From the NCBI GenBank assembly GCA_973895155.1, contig OZ316898.1, forward strand, positions 20,843,292 to 20,907,291: DNA of 64,000 nucleotides. Reading direction: 5' to 3'. A program made the position numbers and the translations under genes. This DNA is from Marsupella aquatica (Eukaryota; Plantae; Marchantiophyta). The notes beneath the pieces were generated by a model. The model did no database searches. It saw only the letters and a program-made list of their open reading frames with translations, and had not been told where the DNA came from. This document shows positions 26,389-39,600 of this stretch, in pieces. Within the stretch, counting starts at the first letter, position 1. Each line of letters opens with the position of its first letter.

Positions 26389-26672
26389 CAGCGTATTTTT
26401 TAAGGGCAAATTTTAGCCAAATTCCACCTCCCAAAAAAACTTTCGCCACTTTTGGCTAAGATTCGCTACCTTTTTTTGACACCATTAGCCACTCTTCCAC
26501 CAAATCATTGACCCATTAGCCAGAATCTACCGGCTCTCCTTAAATCTAGGGATATCTAACGGTCACAATTTAATTTAATAAAATTTGATAGAATATTCTT
26601 AGAATCTCCTCCCTCAGAGAAGCAAACATTCGCCACACTGGCTAAAAATAAAAAACCTTACAAAATACGCTG
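26389..26672. mobile_element. hAT-type MITE (284 bp)
   Basis: TIR CAGCGTATTTT(T/G)TAAGG. 8-bp TSD CTCCCCAT at 26381-26388 and 26673-26680. A looser relative may lie at about 5810-5960. Confidence 0.88.
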
Positions 26673-26892
26673 CTCCCCATCACCTGCAACATTTTTAGGC
26701 CTCGGACCCCCTAAAATGTAAAAATATTTTTAATTTTTAACCCCTATACAATTAGAATATTCCAAAAATTGGATTAAAAAGACCCTAATGTTCTTATAAG
26801 TCTCAAAATTGAATTTGAAAGACCCTATTGTTCTTCGGCAAAAATTCTTAAATCTTCCCTTAGAACCAATAAAACGACCCTATGATAATGCT

Positions 26893-27590
26893 TGAGTTAC
26901 CTGGTCCTCCACCACAACGATTACGGGTTGATCTTACCATGGTCCGTAATCGTCTGTTGTGGTAGCAAGTTACCCTTTGCGTCAGGACCTCATTGAGATA
27001 GCAACGGCAACGGCATCCCGACTTGCCACAATAAAGGAGGCAAAAAATGTTGCTTGAGCTTCATCGGATTCCTTCCTCCCTCTCTCTATTGAGATTTTTG
27101 GGCTTCTTCATCATCAGTTTGATGGGCTTGTTCAACAGGCTACTCGTGATCTTGGTCGTGATATTCACAGATAAATGGGTCCCTCCAGACCCCACTATCC
27201 ATCTTGACCATGCACTTTTGTCAGTGCATTCCAATGGCCTTACAACGTGCCCAAGATCACGCCATTTATCATCGATCCCTCACAGTGGGTGCCACCGTGC
27301 CTCTGTAGACACTAGTCCCATCAAGTACATTCCCGTCCCACTTGCTGATTTAGTTAGGACATTGGATTTGGTCTATTAGCTCAAGTCACATTTTCCAATG
27401 TGGACACTAGTCCTTCAGTTTGCACTTATGCAATGTTTAACACTCTTCCCTTTAGTTTCTTCAGTTTTTAGGTTTGCATTTGCTTTTCTTTTTCCTTGTT
27501 TGGTGTTTGTCCTCTTTGGACCTCTTTTTCTTTGGACCACTTTTTCTTTCCTTTCATTGTACTTTGTATTTTCCTGGTTTATAAACTTTT
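26893..27590 (+). mobile_element. Second, shorter 5'-truncated copy of the CRE-like RLE non-LTR element
   Basis: Aligns by eye with about 7290-7945 (ccctttgcgtcaggacct, ccccactatccatcttgacca, atcgatccct.acagtggg, tgtggacactagtc). Confidence 0.8.
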
Positions 27591-27769
27591 CCTAAGCTTT
27601 GAATTAAAAAGAAAATTCATTACAAGCATTAAGAGGCATATAACTAGGATCCACTAACTAATTCTTGACGAGTGTATGAATTCAGGTGACATTTAGTTAA
27701 GTGTGGGCCACGAGCCCTTCAGATTATAGCAGCCAAGATCCCAAATGAAAAATGCCAAACTTTGTGGCT

Positions 27770-27955
27770 TGACTTTGGGGGGCAGTTTCCACAATTTTTT
27801 TTCCAAGATCTGATCAGAGCCATCCATTTGGGAGAAACTGCTGCTGTTCACTTTACAAAAAGTTGGGGCCACTTTCAACCAAACTTGTTACCAATCCTAC
27901 ATGGAATGTAGTGGGACCCAATTTTTGCTTAAGTGGAGCACTCTTTTGTCCTAGA
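27770..27955 (+). repeat. Interspersed repeat copy (partner of 2783-2980)
   Basis: See the alignment blocks given for 2783-2980. Confidence 0.75.
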
Positions 27956-29130
27956 CACCTCTCTTGGTGGTCTCTCCTTCTGGCCTCTTGGTCCATTTCT
28001 ATTTTAAGTCATTTGCATTAAACAGGGACCCACAAGTACTTCATAAGATCTTCTCTTCTCACATCTAGAAAGACTAGCCAAATATTAGGTGACATACTCA
28101 ATCTGTCTTTTAGTAAATTTATCTGGCACCAATGGCTGCACGTGGCTTTACAAGACCTTGGGGGCACTAAAAGGATTCAATAAAATGCTTTTAGCCCGGA
28201 GACACTATATTTAGTGTGTGCAATGGCACTAGGGTTTGCTATGGTGAAGAAAACTCCCAAGTGCCCCCTACTTCTTGTAAAGTCCTCCTTAGATAGGCCT
28301 AATGGCACCGCCTACCAAAACGAATGGGATCGTGTCAGTCACAAAAAGGGAAAGCAAAAGGAACATATACACAAACGGTTTACAGAAAATGACTTCTTTT
28401 ACGCTTGGTTTTGTCCACTTGGACCCTCTTTTGTTTGTTCTTATGTACTCTCTTTGGTCCCTTTGTATATAAAACGTGTGTGTATTTCACTTCAGATAAG
28501 AAAGCAAAAGAACAAACGAGAGTCGTGGGACCCCAAGAAAGAATTGTTTTCGCGGCAAAAGAAAATCCAAGGAAGACTGTGCATGACGTTTATGTTTCAT
28601 TGTTTTGTGGAGTAATATTTTGCTATTGAACTCTAAAAGAGTCTCTAGAGCTCGGGTGAAGGATTCGCTTGGGTCCGCTGCCAGCAAAGTTCAGCTTCGT
28701 GAATCACAGCCATGAGTGTATCTCAATTTGCTCGAAGAGATTACTGGATAGGGAAGCCGTAGTTGGATGGAATCATCATCATTTGAAATTTTCTTTCGGT
28801 TTGTGGCTACGGTCCCATCTCACACTTCCTGTCACGGTGGAAGCACCACCATCTCAGAGATGGCGGTCTTTCACTAAATTTCAACCTCCAATGCGGTTTT
28901 TTCATAGCATAAAGAATTACTCCATTTTGGCTCACACGACGTCAGCAATTAAATTAATCCTCGTTGCGCGAGAATTTGAAGGCTGTACCTGAGATGAGGC
29001 AACTCGGTACGAGTGGTATTACACTATGGCCTCCTCCACCGGTAGGCCATAGGGGCCCCCCCAAGTCAGCAGTTGGGTGAGGTACGAATACGGGATCATG
29101 CGCGGAGGTGAGAGAACGAACGAAGCATAA

Positions 29131-29140
29131 CTTTATAAAC
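29131..29140 (+). promoter_or_regulatory. Candidate TATA box of the DOMON/cyt b561 gene
   Basis: ctttataaac lies about 55 nt upstream of a GTGAGT donor (29193). That donor could pair with the acceptor tttcgcag (29735), 3 nt before the ATG, giving a 5'UTR intron. Confidence 0.4.
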
Positions 29141-29738
29141 ACAAGTGAGGGGAGGTCGTATCTGCTGCCTTGTAGGGGTGCGGCGGCTGATGGTGAGTGA
29201 CCGCAGCCGATGTAAATGGAGGTTTTTCAGGAGCAGTCACATTTCCCGAGAATTAAAAAACAACCATGGATTGTATTTATGCAATATGTTCTAGCCTTTC
29301 TTGTCGAGGTGCTTGAGTTTAGTGTAGTGCTATACCCCACTTCTCCTGAAGGGTGTGTGTGGCGCGTTTTTATCGAGACGTTGTGCATTTGTTGCAACTA
29401 CGTGGACTGTGGACTGTGGACTGCTACTTTACACCTGATACAAAGTGTGCTACGAAGTGAAACCTTGCTACGTATTTCGCTGGAACTGCAAAGCTTCTGG
29501 CTTGAAACTTTCATATTCAATGCAGGATCTCCTACAAGCGTCTGAGCTAAATTTTGAGTCTCGGGCAGGCATCCTGCTTCGTACAAATTCTCTTCGTCCA
29601 GGCACCTCACAGTCATTCTGGGGCCAGTCGAAGTTTGCAAGGCCTGCAGAGAACCTCGATAGGCGAAAGAGGATTGCAGCTGCTTTGCCAGAGGATCTTG
29701 GTTGAGCTCCAGCTAAGGGGTTCGTCATTTCGCAGAGA

Positions 29739-31076
29739 ATGAGGTCCTCGAGATCACAATGCTTTGTTGTGGCCTTCTTAGCGGCCGCTGCAACGTGCTT
29801 GTACTCGAGTAGCTTGCAGCCTGTGTCGGCACAGGCAGCAGCCCCTGCCGTTAGCCCGGCGTGCGACACAGTCTTTACCTTTCAAAATGGTTCGCAGAAG
29901 ACCTTCACGAGTTGCCAGAATCTGCTTATACAGAATGCAACGCTGAGTTGGACATACTACCCTGGAGTTAATGCGAGTGATGGCACAGTCACTGGAGGGG
30001 TCTTGGATCTCGCTTACACAAACACGTTGTTATCACCAGGTGGGTGGGTTGGTTGGGGCCTCAATCCCACCCAAGAACAAATGGTGGGATCCAGTGTGCT
30101 CGTTGCATTTACGGATTCCTCGGCAGGAAGTGTTGTACTTCCCTACATGCTCGGTTCCGACTTGACTCAGTCCAATCCACCACCTCTGGTATCTGGAGCG
30201 ACTGATCTAAATGTACTCGACAGTAGCGTTAACATAGATGCTAGTACCTTAGAGACTACTATCTATGCCACATTACAGCTCAAGCCCGGTGAAACGAACG
30301 TGTATCAAGTATGGAACAAGGGGCCCTCTGTCGATGGACGAAGCCCCAATGCTCATGACACCACCAGCAACACTTATATGAACAGCGTTGGTGTCTTGGA
30401 TGTCGTGACTGGCACTGTTATCGCTGGGGACAGCGGTACTCCTGCAATTCAAAACATACATGGAATCCTGAATGCCATCTCATGGGGAGTGTTGTTTCCG
30501 GTTGGGATAATGTCCGCGCGGTACTTGAAACCCTTCGCGCTGTTCGATCCCATTTGGTTCTATATACATGTTGGCTGTCAGTTGTGCGGGTACATTCTTG
30601 GAGTGGCTGGCTTTGCCACCGGCGTGAAGATTATCGATCCGACCGATGTGAAATACAAGCATCGCAACCTCGGTATTGCTTTGTTTGTGTTCGCTACAGT
30701 GCAGATGGCCTCGCTGCTGCTGAGGCCTGGCCCAATGCATAAATTGAGGAAGTTCTGGAATGTGTACCATAACGCCTTTGGTTACGCGATTATCGTTCTG
30801 AGCATCATCAACATATTCGAGGGCTTCCATCTTCTTTTGCCAGCCGAGGGCTGGAAACGCGCATACATAGGGGTGATTATTGCTTTGGCTTGCATCGCCT
30901 TCATTTTGGAAGTTTTCACGTGGGCTGTGTGGCTGAGGCGTAAGTTTAGGGCACGAAACTTCTCCACTGCTGCAACAAATGGCAGCAGCGCCGATATGGT
31001 GGAAAAAGGTGGTGTTGCGCCCGATTCCAAATTGGAAAACGGTAGGTTTGCCCCCGATTCCAATAAGAAGATTTGA
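29739..31076 (+). CDS. Cytochrome b561 and DOMON domain-containing protein (CYBDOM, AIR12-related), 445 aa
   Basis: N-terminal signal peptide. DOMON motifs GWVGWGLNP, MVGSSVLVAF, QVWNKGP..PNAH. Cyt b561 heme-His motifs HGILNAISWG, WFYIHVGCQ, HRNLGIALF, FWNVYH. The ORF is uninterrupted. Confidence 0.96.
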   Translation: MRSSRSQCFVVAFLAAAATCLYSSSLQPVSAQAAAPAVSPACDTVFTFQNGSQKTFTSCQNLLIQNATLSWTYYPGVNASDGTVTGGVLDLAYTNTLLSPGGWVGWGLNPTQEQMVGSSVLVAFTDSSAGSVVLPYMLGSDLTQSNPPPLVSGATDLNVLDSSVNIDASTLETTIYATLQLKPGETNVYQVWNKGPSVDGRSPNAHDTTSNTYMNSVGVLDVVTGTVIAGDSGTPAIQNIHGILNAISWGVLFPVGIMSARYLKPFALFDPIWFYIHVGCQLCGYILGVAGFATGVKIIDPTDVKYKHRNLGIALFVFATVQMASLLLRPGPMHKLRKFWNVYHNAFGYAIIVLSIINIFEGFHLLLPAEGWKRAYIGVIIALACIAFILEVFTWAVWLRRKFRARNFSTAATNGSSADMVEKGGVAPDSKLENGRFAPDSNKKI

Positions 31077-32617
31077 GAATATTTACCGAAGTTGGCGTTT
31101 AGTTGTCGGAGCACGTTTAGTCGTCGGAGCAACAGTGGTCACCAGTCATGTGATACCGTTTCTCTTTCCCCCCAATTGCGTTGTATATTACGTACCACTG
31201 TACAATAGACGAGTGCCTGAACTTCGGGTTACATACTACTTTAGGTTTTCGGTAGTTTCAGGACCTCGGAATGTTGTTGTACACTACATTTCACTTCGAC
31301 GACGGCAGAGTAAATTATTCGTTTCTCTGAGACTACAAGCTCGAAGTGTCCTGAAAAGGTATAGAGAAATTAAAACCAGTGTTTTGACATTTCGAACGCA
31401 ATGAGTAGGTTTCTTCCTACGGGAGGCTCGCTATAAAATTTCTGGATGCCTCCAAAATTTACCATATATGCTCTTCTGAGAAGTTAGCGTAGTTGTCCTG
31501 TTTAGAAACTACTTCAATGAAGCTCGATGTTTCTTGAGATATCGGGGACAATTTTCCTTTCCAGATATGGCTTTACTGAAGCTTGATATGCTGACTGCTA
31601 TGTCTCACAAAGCAAGTGTTGCCGGGACGGTAAATATTTTACTAGTTCGTATGGGTTGGACAATATAATTTCACTTCGACAACTCTGACATCATGCTGCT
31701 CATTTCTGGTACTCTAGAGACTGACCTGTAGGAAAAATGTACAACTTCAGGGTCTTCCACTACATTTTTAAAAGTCTGAGTTTTGTGTTCGTCCATGTTC
31801 CTTATCATTGTCTGCTAACTCGTCCATGGAAAAAATACAGTGGACATCGGTGAAATGTATGGATATGTTATTTAAACCCCAAGGCACGAAGAAAGGAAGG
31901 ATATACCAAAGGTGAACAGGGAACAACAAAAAATGAGATCGTTCGTCCATCTGAAGGCAACTGTGCCGATCAGTTCACATATGACGCACTGCGAACCTCT
32001 CCTCGAAAAAGGATGGCGGACAATATATACCAGAAAACAGTTCCAGATTGTAAAAAAAAACAGACGGTCTGGAAGTGGACTCGAAGCCAAAGTGACAGGA
32101 GGCAAATCCAGAAGTTGGTACTTCACTCAAATTTTGATTCGTCGCCCAAATACGTCGCTCGCAACGTGTCCTCTCAATGAAAACGTACCTAGCAAACTTC
32201 TCTTTCTACAAAAGGTGCCTCACAGTTGTACTTGTTTCATTTTTTTCATTTTTTGCTTCATCTTTAGAAAAGGTAGCCTCGTCCGTCGCTGATGTTACAG
32301 TCCATCCTATTGATTGGGCTCTCAACAGAGCAAAGCGACAGGTGACATTCAACAAACAAACAAGTGGACTGGTAAACTGAAGTGTTCGAGCTTTCTGTGT
32401 TCTGCGAGATCGACAAGCTCATTGAAACGTGAAAATCCTCAGAATAGTGTCTCACAGAGCACAAACGAAACCTTAATACATTTTGTTTCACCACACCATT
32501 CCGTCACTTGTTAAGGATCACGTCTCCCTCCACCCTGTTCTTCATTTTCTTACTTTCTAGTTTCAATATACCCGAGAACAACGACTCTCAAGGACATGCC
32601 TCAAAGAACAAGAGCGT

Positions 32618-32899
32618 GGAGTAGGAGCACAACACAATATAACGTCGTGGTAATCTCATTTGGTAGAAAAGCCCCTGAAAAGTGCCGAGATCTTTGAGGG
32701 TTTCATGTAGCCAGTAGCGGAAACAACCTCCTCCATTACAGAATGGAAATTGCCTTAAAGCTACAGAGATTGGAGTAGGAGCACAACGGAACATAACGTC
32801 TTGGTAATCTATCTCATTTGGTAGAAAAACCCCTGAAGAGTGCCGAGATCTTTAGATGGTTTCATGTAGCCAGTAGCAGAAAAACCTCCTCAATTACAG
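32618..32899. repeat. Tandem duplication, about 154-bp period
   Basis: ggagtaggagcacaac...gtgccgagatcttt...ggtttcatgtagccagtagc...ttacag occurs at about 32618 and about 32772. Confidence 0.85.
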
Positions 32900-33709
32900 G
32901 TCGTCTTGCGAACAGGTGTATTGTCAAAAACATAGATTAACCTAGGGAGGTTCCGATAGTCAGCACCTGCACCACGAAGAAAAGGGTATGAACACCAGAG
33001 TACTTGGAAAGTTCTGCGCACACTTCCTTGAGAACAGTATAGATCGCCCTTTAAACTGAAATTAAGCATTGCGAAGAAGTTTGGGCTAACACTGAAGTAA
33101 GCAAGCATAACGCTTCCTTCTTATTGTCTAACCACAGGCGACAAGCTTTCCCGGCCCAAGAACGACAAGACAGCGACTCTGACGCAGACGAGCTTGCAGT
33201 TGCGTGGACTAAGAAATATCATGCAGTGAGCGCACCATCAGGAGAAGCGGCAAAACTATTATTCTCATGTACAAATCTACAATCCAACTTACAGCAGTTA
33301 TACGTATTTCTTAAATGACCTGCAAATCGAACTTCTCCCCCACATCAATAGGTATCAAGAAAACAGATCGGCACGAGTTCTGTAGCTTTGTGGGCCAGGC
33401 AACTCTCGCTCATTTGTCTCCGCGGCTTGAGGGATGGAAGGGTGGAGCGGCCATGCATAAATAAGATGGATATACATGACCAGTAACAGAGAATCGAAGG
33501 TCTGGTAGTGCAAACCCGCCCCTACGTATAAGAGCTCCCGTTGACTGATGGACGAGTGGGTCGGCCATGACTTCAATCGGAGTACAGTATAATAGCTTGC
33601 AGATGGATGGGTCGGCCATGACTTCAATCGGAGTACAGAAAATAGTATGTAGGGTTGCAGAGAGCGTGGCAATGCGCGCCTTGATTTGTGGCGGAGAGGC
33701 AGCTGCACT

Positions 33710-33771
33710 GCAGAGTATATGGAAGCAGAATTTATGGAAGCAGAATTTATGGAAGCAGAATTTATGGAAGC
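33710..33771. repeat. 15-bp minisatellite (GGAAGCAGAATTTAT) x3-4
   Basis: Read directly from the sequence. A 31-bp duplication lies nearby at about 33557 and 33608. Confidence 0.9.
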
Positions 33772-36698
33772 TTCACGGGGAAAAGAATATTGCGACAAAA
33801 AAGTTGTCATATCTCCTTTACAGTCGGCCCTTGTTGTAAGCTAACACTTTGCAGTACAATATAAAGCCCGGATGGACCGAAGGGTTTGTCCTAGTAAAGA
33901 TGGCAGCCTATTTGTCAGCCGATTCACACTGGTAAGAAAAAGTGACGAACCAGTTTTTGGAAGTAAGTTTCGCCTTTGAGAAGGACTTTCCAGGTGCCCA
34001 AAGACCATATATTGCTGTTTTTGGCTGACTCGTGCGTTTATCTGGACACTATTTTTAATTTATTTTAAGCTCAAATTTTGGTAATATGTTCACTGATATC
34101 CAAATAACCTGAAAAAGTTTGAATTTTTTCTGAGATCAGATGCTCAATTTTCTCAGAATGCAAACATGATCAAATATTATAAACCAACTACCAATGCATG
34201 ATCACTTTTGTGAAGACTGCCTTAGTAGTTTAGACATGAACAACAAAATCACCACTTTGGGAAGGACTCATTCAAATTGGGATAATATTCTTATTTGACT
34301 ACAGGAGTACTGGTTCTTTCCTGCCTGGCTCATGTAGTGTCCTCTGCTCATTCAAATTGGGATCTGTCCTATAATATTCTTAGCTAGGGAGTTCAGGTAG
34401 TTTTGGTGTTCTTAGACTCCTCGAGCATTTTCTTCCTCATAACTTGGGTTGTCAAATTGCTCTCCCAAATGAGTTGGTGCCTTGTGTGGTGCTTCAGAAG
34501 GATTGTAGACCAGCAAGTACGCCGTGGGACAGCCCTGCAAGCATGGTCTCTGTTTTGGCATTTAGAGCAGTGATATGCAATGTTTCAAATTAATGTGCAC
34601 AAAATGGAGAATCCCTATTTTATTCAGATTTGGAGACATTCAGCGACACTGTTGTCTCCCTAGAGGTAGATCAATGCCTCTCCAATCGTCATAGCAATTT
34701 GTTTCCTGCAATTTTCCAGGACTTTTGAAGATTTCAATCCATACCCGGAGCTTACCATATGCTTTAGCGCTCACATCAAAAGTGGGGTCCCATCTGAACA
34801 TATTCTTTTCCAGTAAACTTCACCTGATTGGACTCTTCCATTTCGTATTGCATCCACTCATTGAATGTGTTTAGGGAACAACGACGATCTGACTGAGAAG
34901 TAACAAATTTTTGCTTCTCAAACTGTTCCTTGGCTTGGGAATCTGCCTCCTGGATGTTCCGATCTGTGGTAGCGGAAGGTTAGTGACCAATGCTCTCCTG
35001 AATTGGCAGGCAGAGTTTGCAATGCTTCGAGGCAGTCCTGATATTCGTGCCAATTTTGGGGGAATCATGGTTTGTCGTTTATGGTCCAATTTTCGAGGAA
35101 GACTTAACAGGACCCTATGTTCCACAATCAGAAGGATGTTACCATATAGCTTGCTGCGTACAAGAACAAGTACAACCAATGTAGATTAGTCACGGTAGAG
35201 CATTGTCGTAGCGCTGTGGGGTGAATACAATTTCCATGACATTGCCTAAATTCTCACATACAAAGCCAAACACATGTTCGAGTCCTTCCATGGCAGCAGG
35301 GTCAGCTGCTTTGAGCAAGAATGTGACAGATGAGAGGCAGGGAAAACGCCTAGTACAGCAAGGTAGAAGAGAGCAGACTAGGTCAGCTGTTACACAGAGC
35401 AGAAATCTTTCTGGATGAATTCCAAACCAATTTCTGAGGCGAAGGACGCAATCGACACCGATTGACACTTCGAAACTGCACCAAAGTGAACTATGAATAG
35501 GGTAACGTAGAAGGCAAGGTGTGCATGTAGAAAATAAATTCCCACAGATATACAAAACCGAAAGTCACTGAAGGCTTTATGAAGCCGAAGTGTTACGATG
35601 GTTTGGGTGTATGGTATTATGCAGTCCATACATAGTCGGCTAGTTACGTAGTCGACTGGGTTCCTCTTCACGTTAGAGCATAGACGAGTTTGGTCCACTT
35701 CTGGCTGAATATTGCAAAGCTGTTTTCCGTTGCCGAGTATCAGCGGCTTACTAGGATAACGATGAAAGAGTTATTAATGATCTTTCTTTCGCAAATTCCT
35801 CTGCAAATGTGTGGGGCCCAATTGAGAGTGTTCTCCAGAAATTTCCAGAGGATTGACACTCTTTGAGGGTTCATCTATGTTAAATCCGTATTTTTATGCC
35901 TGCCCTTCTTCCCTTTGGGACCGTTGCTCAGACTACGGATGCTGTGATCTATTTGTACGTGTTGAGTATGAAATCTCGAACGAAAAGTCCCCAGTTCAGT
36001 TGGCAATATAACACGAAGGTGCTCAGATTTTGACTAGGAAAACCGGTACTATTATCAGTTCCTCATTAAAGCTAGAAGTAGAATCCTAGACCTCTGCGGC
36101 ATGTCTGAAGAGGGCATATCAATTCAAGCATGGATTGTTATTTCGAATTTCCAATGCTCTGAACTTAAACTAGATAGCTGCTATATTTATCATGCCTACA
36201 GATTTGCCACAAGAACTCCGTTGGAAAGACGGATGCAAACAAAGGACCACATTATTCAAGATTAGGGTCATCAGGATGATGCTGGCAGTAATCCCGAACG
36301 ACACGAAATTCTTCTGGCAAATCAATTACAAATCTCATGTCACAGCTTTCAGCCTCTGCCCACAAGCAAGTGCTATCTCCATAATACGAAAGGGGCCAGA
36401 GGACAGTCAGACCCTAGAATCTAAGTGCAGTCTTGTGGTAATCGGTATCACTCGCCACATAAGTCTTCAGGAGATAAACAATCTAGCTGTCTATACATTT
36501 TTAAAGTTTATTTGGATATTATTCCCTCGTCCCAACGAGCCATGAATTAAAGAACTGCCAGAGCTTGTTGCTCCTTTTCCTTTTCTCAGAGTAATCCCCT
36601 AGATATGGATGAAAGAATATAGACGTGTCAAATACGGAAATACATGTATCTGTGCATTCTACTCTAAAAAAACGAGATAAGGTACTTTGAAGTAAATA

Positions 36699-39600
36699 TC
36701 AGGGAGCCAATTTCTTTCCAATCCTTTGAAAAGCATCCAAGGGTACTTCTCGTCCTGGTACATCCACCTTTAGAAGACTAGAGTATCTGCAAGGTAGTGT
36801 GTCAATTATGTGAGGAAAAATCAAGCGAAATACATTCGATAAAACTAATTCCCGTAACAGACAATGAGAAACGACTCGGCTGGTGTCAAGTGACCGTGAT
36901 CAAAAGGAGACTCTTAAAACGAACTTCGAAAACGCTCAAAGTGCACATCCTAAAACTGAACATCCTCCACATATAAAATAAAACAAACATTGGCACTTAC
37001 TCTGAGAAGGAGAACAGAGTATCATGCTCTGATACATAGGCAATGAGGCCCTGTGTAGTACGTCAGATATTGTTATCAGCGAAATACGAGAACAGAAAGA
37101 AGCACAACCTCGCCTCAACTATTTTAAGGGGTCAAGATGCTCATTCAACACCCGAACTTGACAAGAAAGACAGGTATCTGTATCTGATGCAGAGTACTGA
37201 ATTAGGAGCACGCAGGGTACGACTCGCACTAAAGCTACATAAAGTCAACCTGAAATCCGTCTCACAGTAGAGGCTTAAAAGTTAAATAAACAAGCACCTG
37301 CTACCATAAATTATTAGGATGTTGTTAAGTACAACACGGACTGCACCAGGTTGGCTGTGAAGGAATACTTTCTTACTTCAAAAGGAAGATTCAAAAGCTC
37401 GTAATATTTCCGAACCCTCTCAATACGTTCTCCCAAGGAATATGAAGTGTCTGCAATTGATGCAAGTCCCTGTACGAAGAAGTTCTGTCCATGAGTCAAC
37501 CAGTGGTGAATTTTCTACTGTCAGGACAAGTGGCTCGAGGCAAGGATTGTAGAGATTGGGTAAAGAGAGGAGAAGAAGAGACCTGTTGAACAGCTGTGCA
37601 ATTCCTGCAAATTTGCCGAACACCGAGCATATTGACAGACTTCATATCATTCAAAGCCTGCGGCAAGAAAACGTGCCAACAACCAGATAAAAGTCCCAAT
37701 CAATCAACAGGTATCCTCAAAAGTCCTGAATCCCATGTACCGAATCAGTATGACCGCTTCAATAAATGTCTGGCGATGAGGAATCAATCACAACCTCAGG
37801 AAAAAAACAGGTAGTCTCTTACACAGTGTCATGTTCCCAATTATAGTCAAAGAATGATCATCATACCTTAATGAATGTTGCTGCTGCTATGCTGCAGATT
37901 CCTCCAAAAACAAAACCACGTTTAAGAGTGGGTATATATGGTGCTATTTCCTCGTCTCTTCTTGTGATCTAACATATCAACCAATATATTAGCCGAGCTA
38001 ATTCTCAACCTAGAATCTATGGGAATAAGGACTTAAAAAGAAAACACACTGCTGAAAAATAGCAAAACATTTCAAACCTGCCGGGTAAGTAATGAATGAC
38101 GTAACAGACTCTCAGACGCGGAGTAACCATGTATTCCTTATCAATGGCTTCAGCACATATTCATTGAGACCAACACAACGGTAGTATTTTGACGTCCCAA
38201 TTCTCCAACCAACTACCACACAGAAGCAAGGAAACTATACGGACCATTGTCATTAATGCGATAATGAAATCTTCAGGCTCTTCAGCATCTTGGTCGCACA
38301 GGTAAACTTGGCCAATTGCCTGCATCGTACCGAATTCTGATTTTGAAATCCCTTAGATATCTACTTGCAATCGCATACAGGAAATTTCCACGACATCTAT
38401 AATAGTGCCACGACAAAGGTGAATTTACAAGCAGCGAGGGAGGCCATGCCCTACAGAAACTGATGAGACAAAACATTTGCAAAGAGCTACGGAAAGACTG
38501 CTATAGATCACAAGAGAAAAGGAAGCTCTTCAGGCAAGAATTCCATGAGGAAAAACTTCTATGATCTTTATCACAGATATCCGTGAAATGCATATTTTTA
38601 CCGAGAGATGGAACATCGCTTGCAGCTGCATTTCAACACGCAGGGTGCGGAGACATTCACTTGCCAGAGCATGAAACTTGTCTGCAAGAGCACCCAAACC
38701 TGCAGTAAGAGCACTGCTGGTGCGCCGATGATGATGCCGTTTATGAACTGGATTATCTTTCCTTCTCCGCTCAGTCAATCTACGTGATGTGTGCTGTCCC
38801 AGCCTGATCAGTAGAGAACAAAACGAGAGAATTTTAGGTGTTGCAAAATAGCTGCAGTAATCCTGGGTTTGGACCACAAACGCCTATGAGATCCTTTCAA
38901 AGATTTAGCGACGAAATCCATAATAACATCTGTCATGTTCTTCGAGAAATTTTGGGGATAACGGGAAAATCAGGAAATATTTGAGTACCAAACCCGTAAG
39001 GCAACGAAATACAGTGGAAGAGCGTCCTTCATATCCTCGCATGGCTATTCGAGAGTATAGTATGTGGAAATGAGTTCCAGTCTCACCTATCCAGAGTTTT
39101 CCTAACACAGACACTTGAGAAACAATGTACAAGAATATCTAGTCTCAGGACTGCTGTCAGGACTCTCATAACGCCAGCACCACCACAAGGACAGATTTGT
39201 TCAAGGGGATAATTATCCCAAAACTTACTCTTGAACAGAATCAGAGAGGTAATCCAAAGTATCGCTGAGAGCAGCAAGTAGAACAAGCTTAGTGTTATCC
39301 TTAATCAGTTGGTCCTGCACACACATTCGACTAATAGCTCAAAAACACCTAGAGTCTCAAAATATAATTGAAATATCAAACTTCAGGTTATCTCTATCTT
39401 GCTTACAACCAGTAAATTCTCCCGGATTGGAATTACGAAGGAAAGGAGACTTCAATATTCAGACCAATGTTCCTTTGCGCGCTGACATCTGCCCATCTAA
39501 ACCTCTAGAAATCGAGCAGCGCTGTCAGTCATATCAGGTATAGAGTTAATATTAAAACTCGGATAAAGCAGAGGCGTAGGGGGAACCTCTTTGATGGGTC

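Noticed and set aside
33355-33839. Overlapping ORFs with SASIN/WKQNL repeats
   Set aside because: Explained by the 15-bp minisatellite and a local duplication.
34700-35900. Possible extra gene between CYBDOM and SEC8 (short ORFs such as AAMEGLEHVFGFV)
   Set aside because: No coherent exon chain or recognisable domain. A lncRNA or orphan gene cannot be excluded without RNA-seq.
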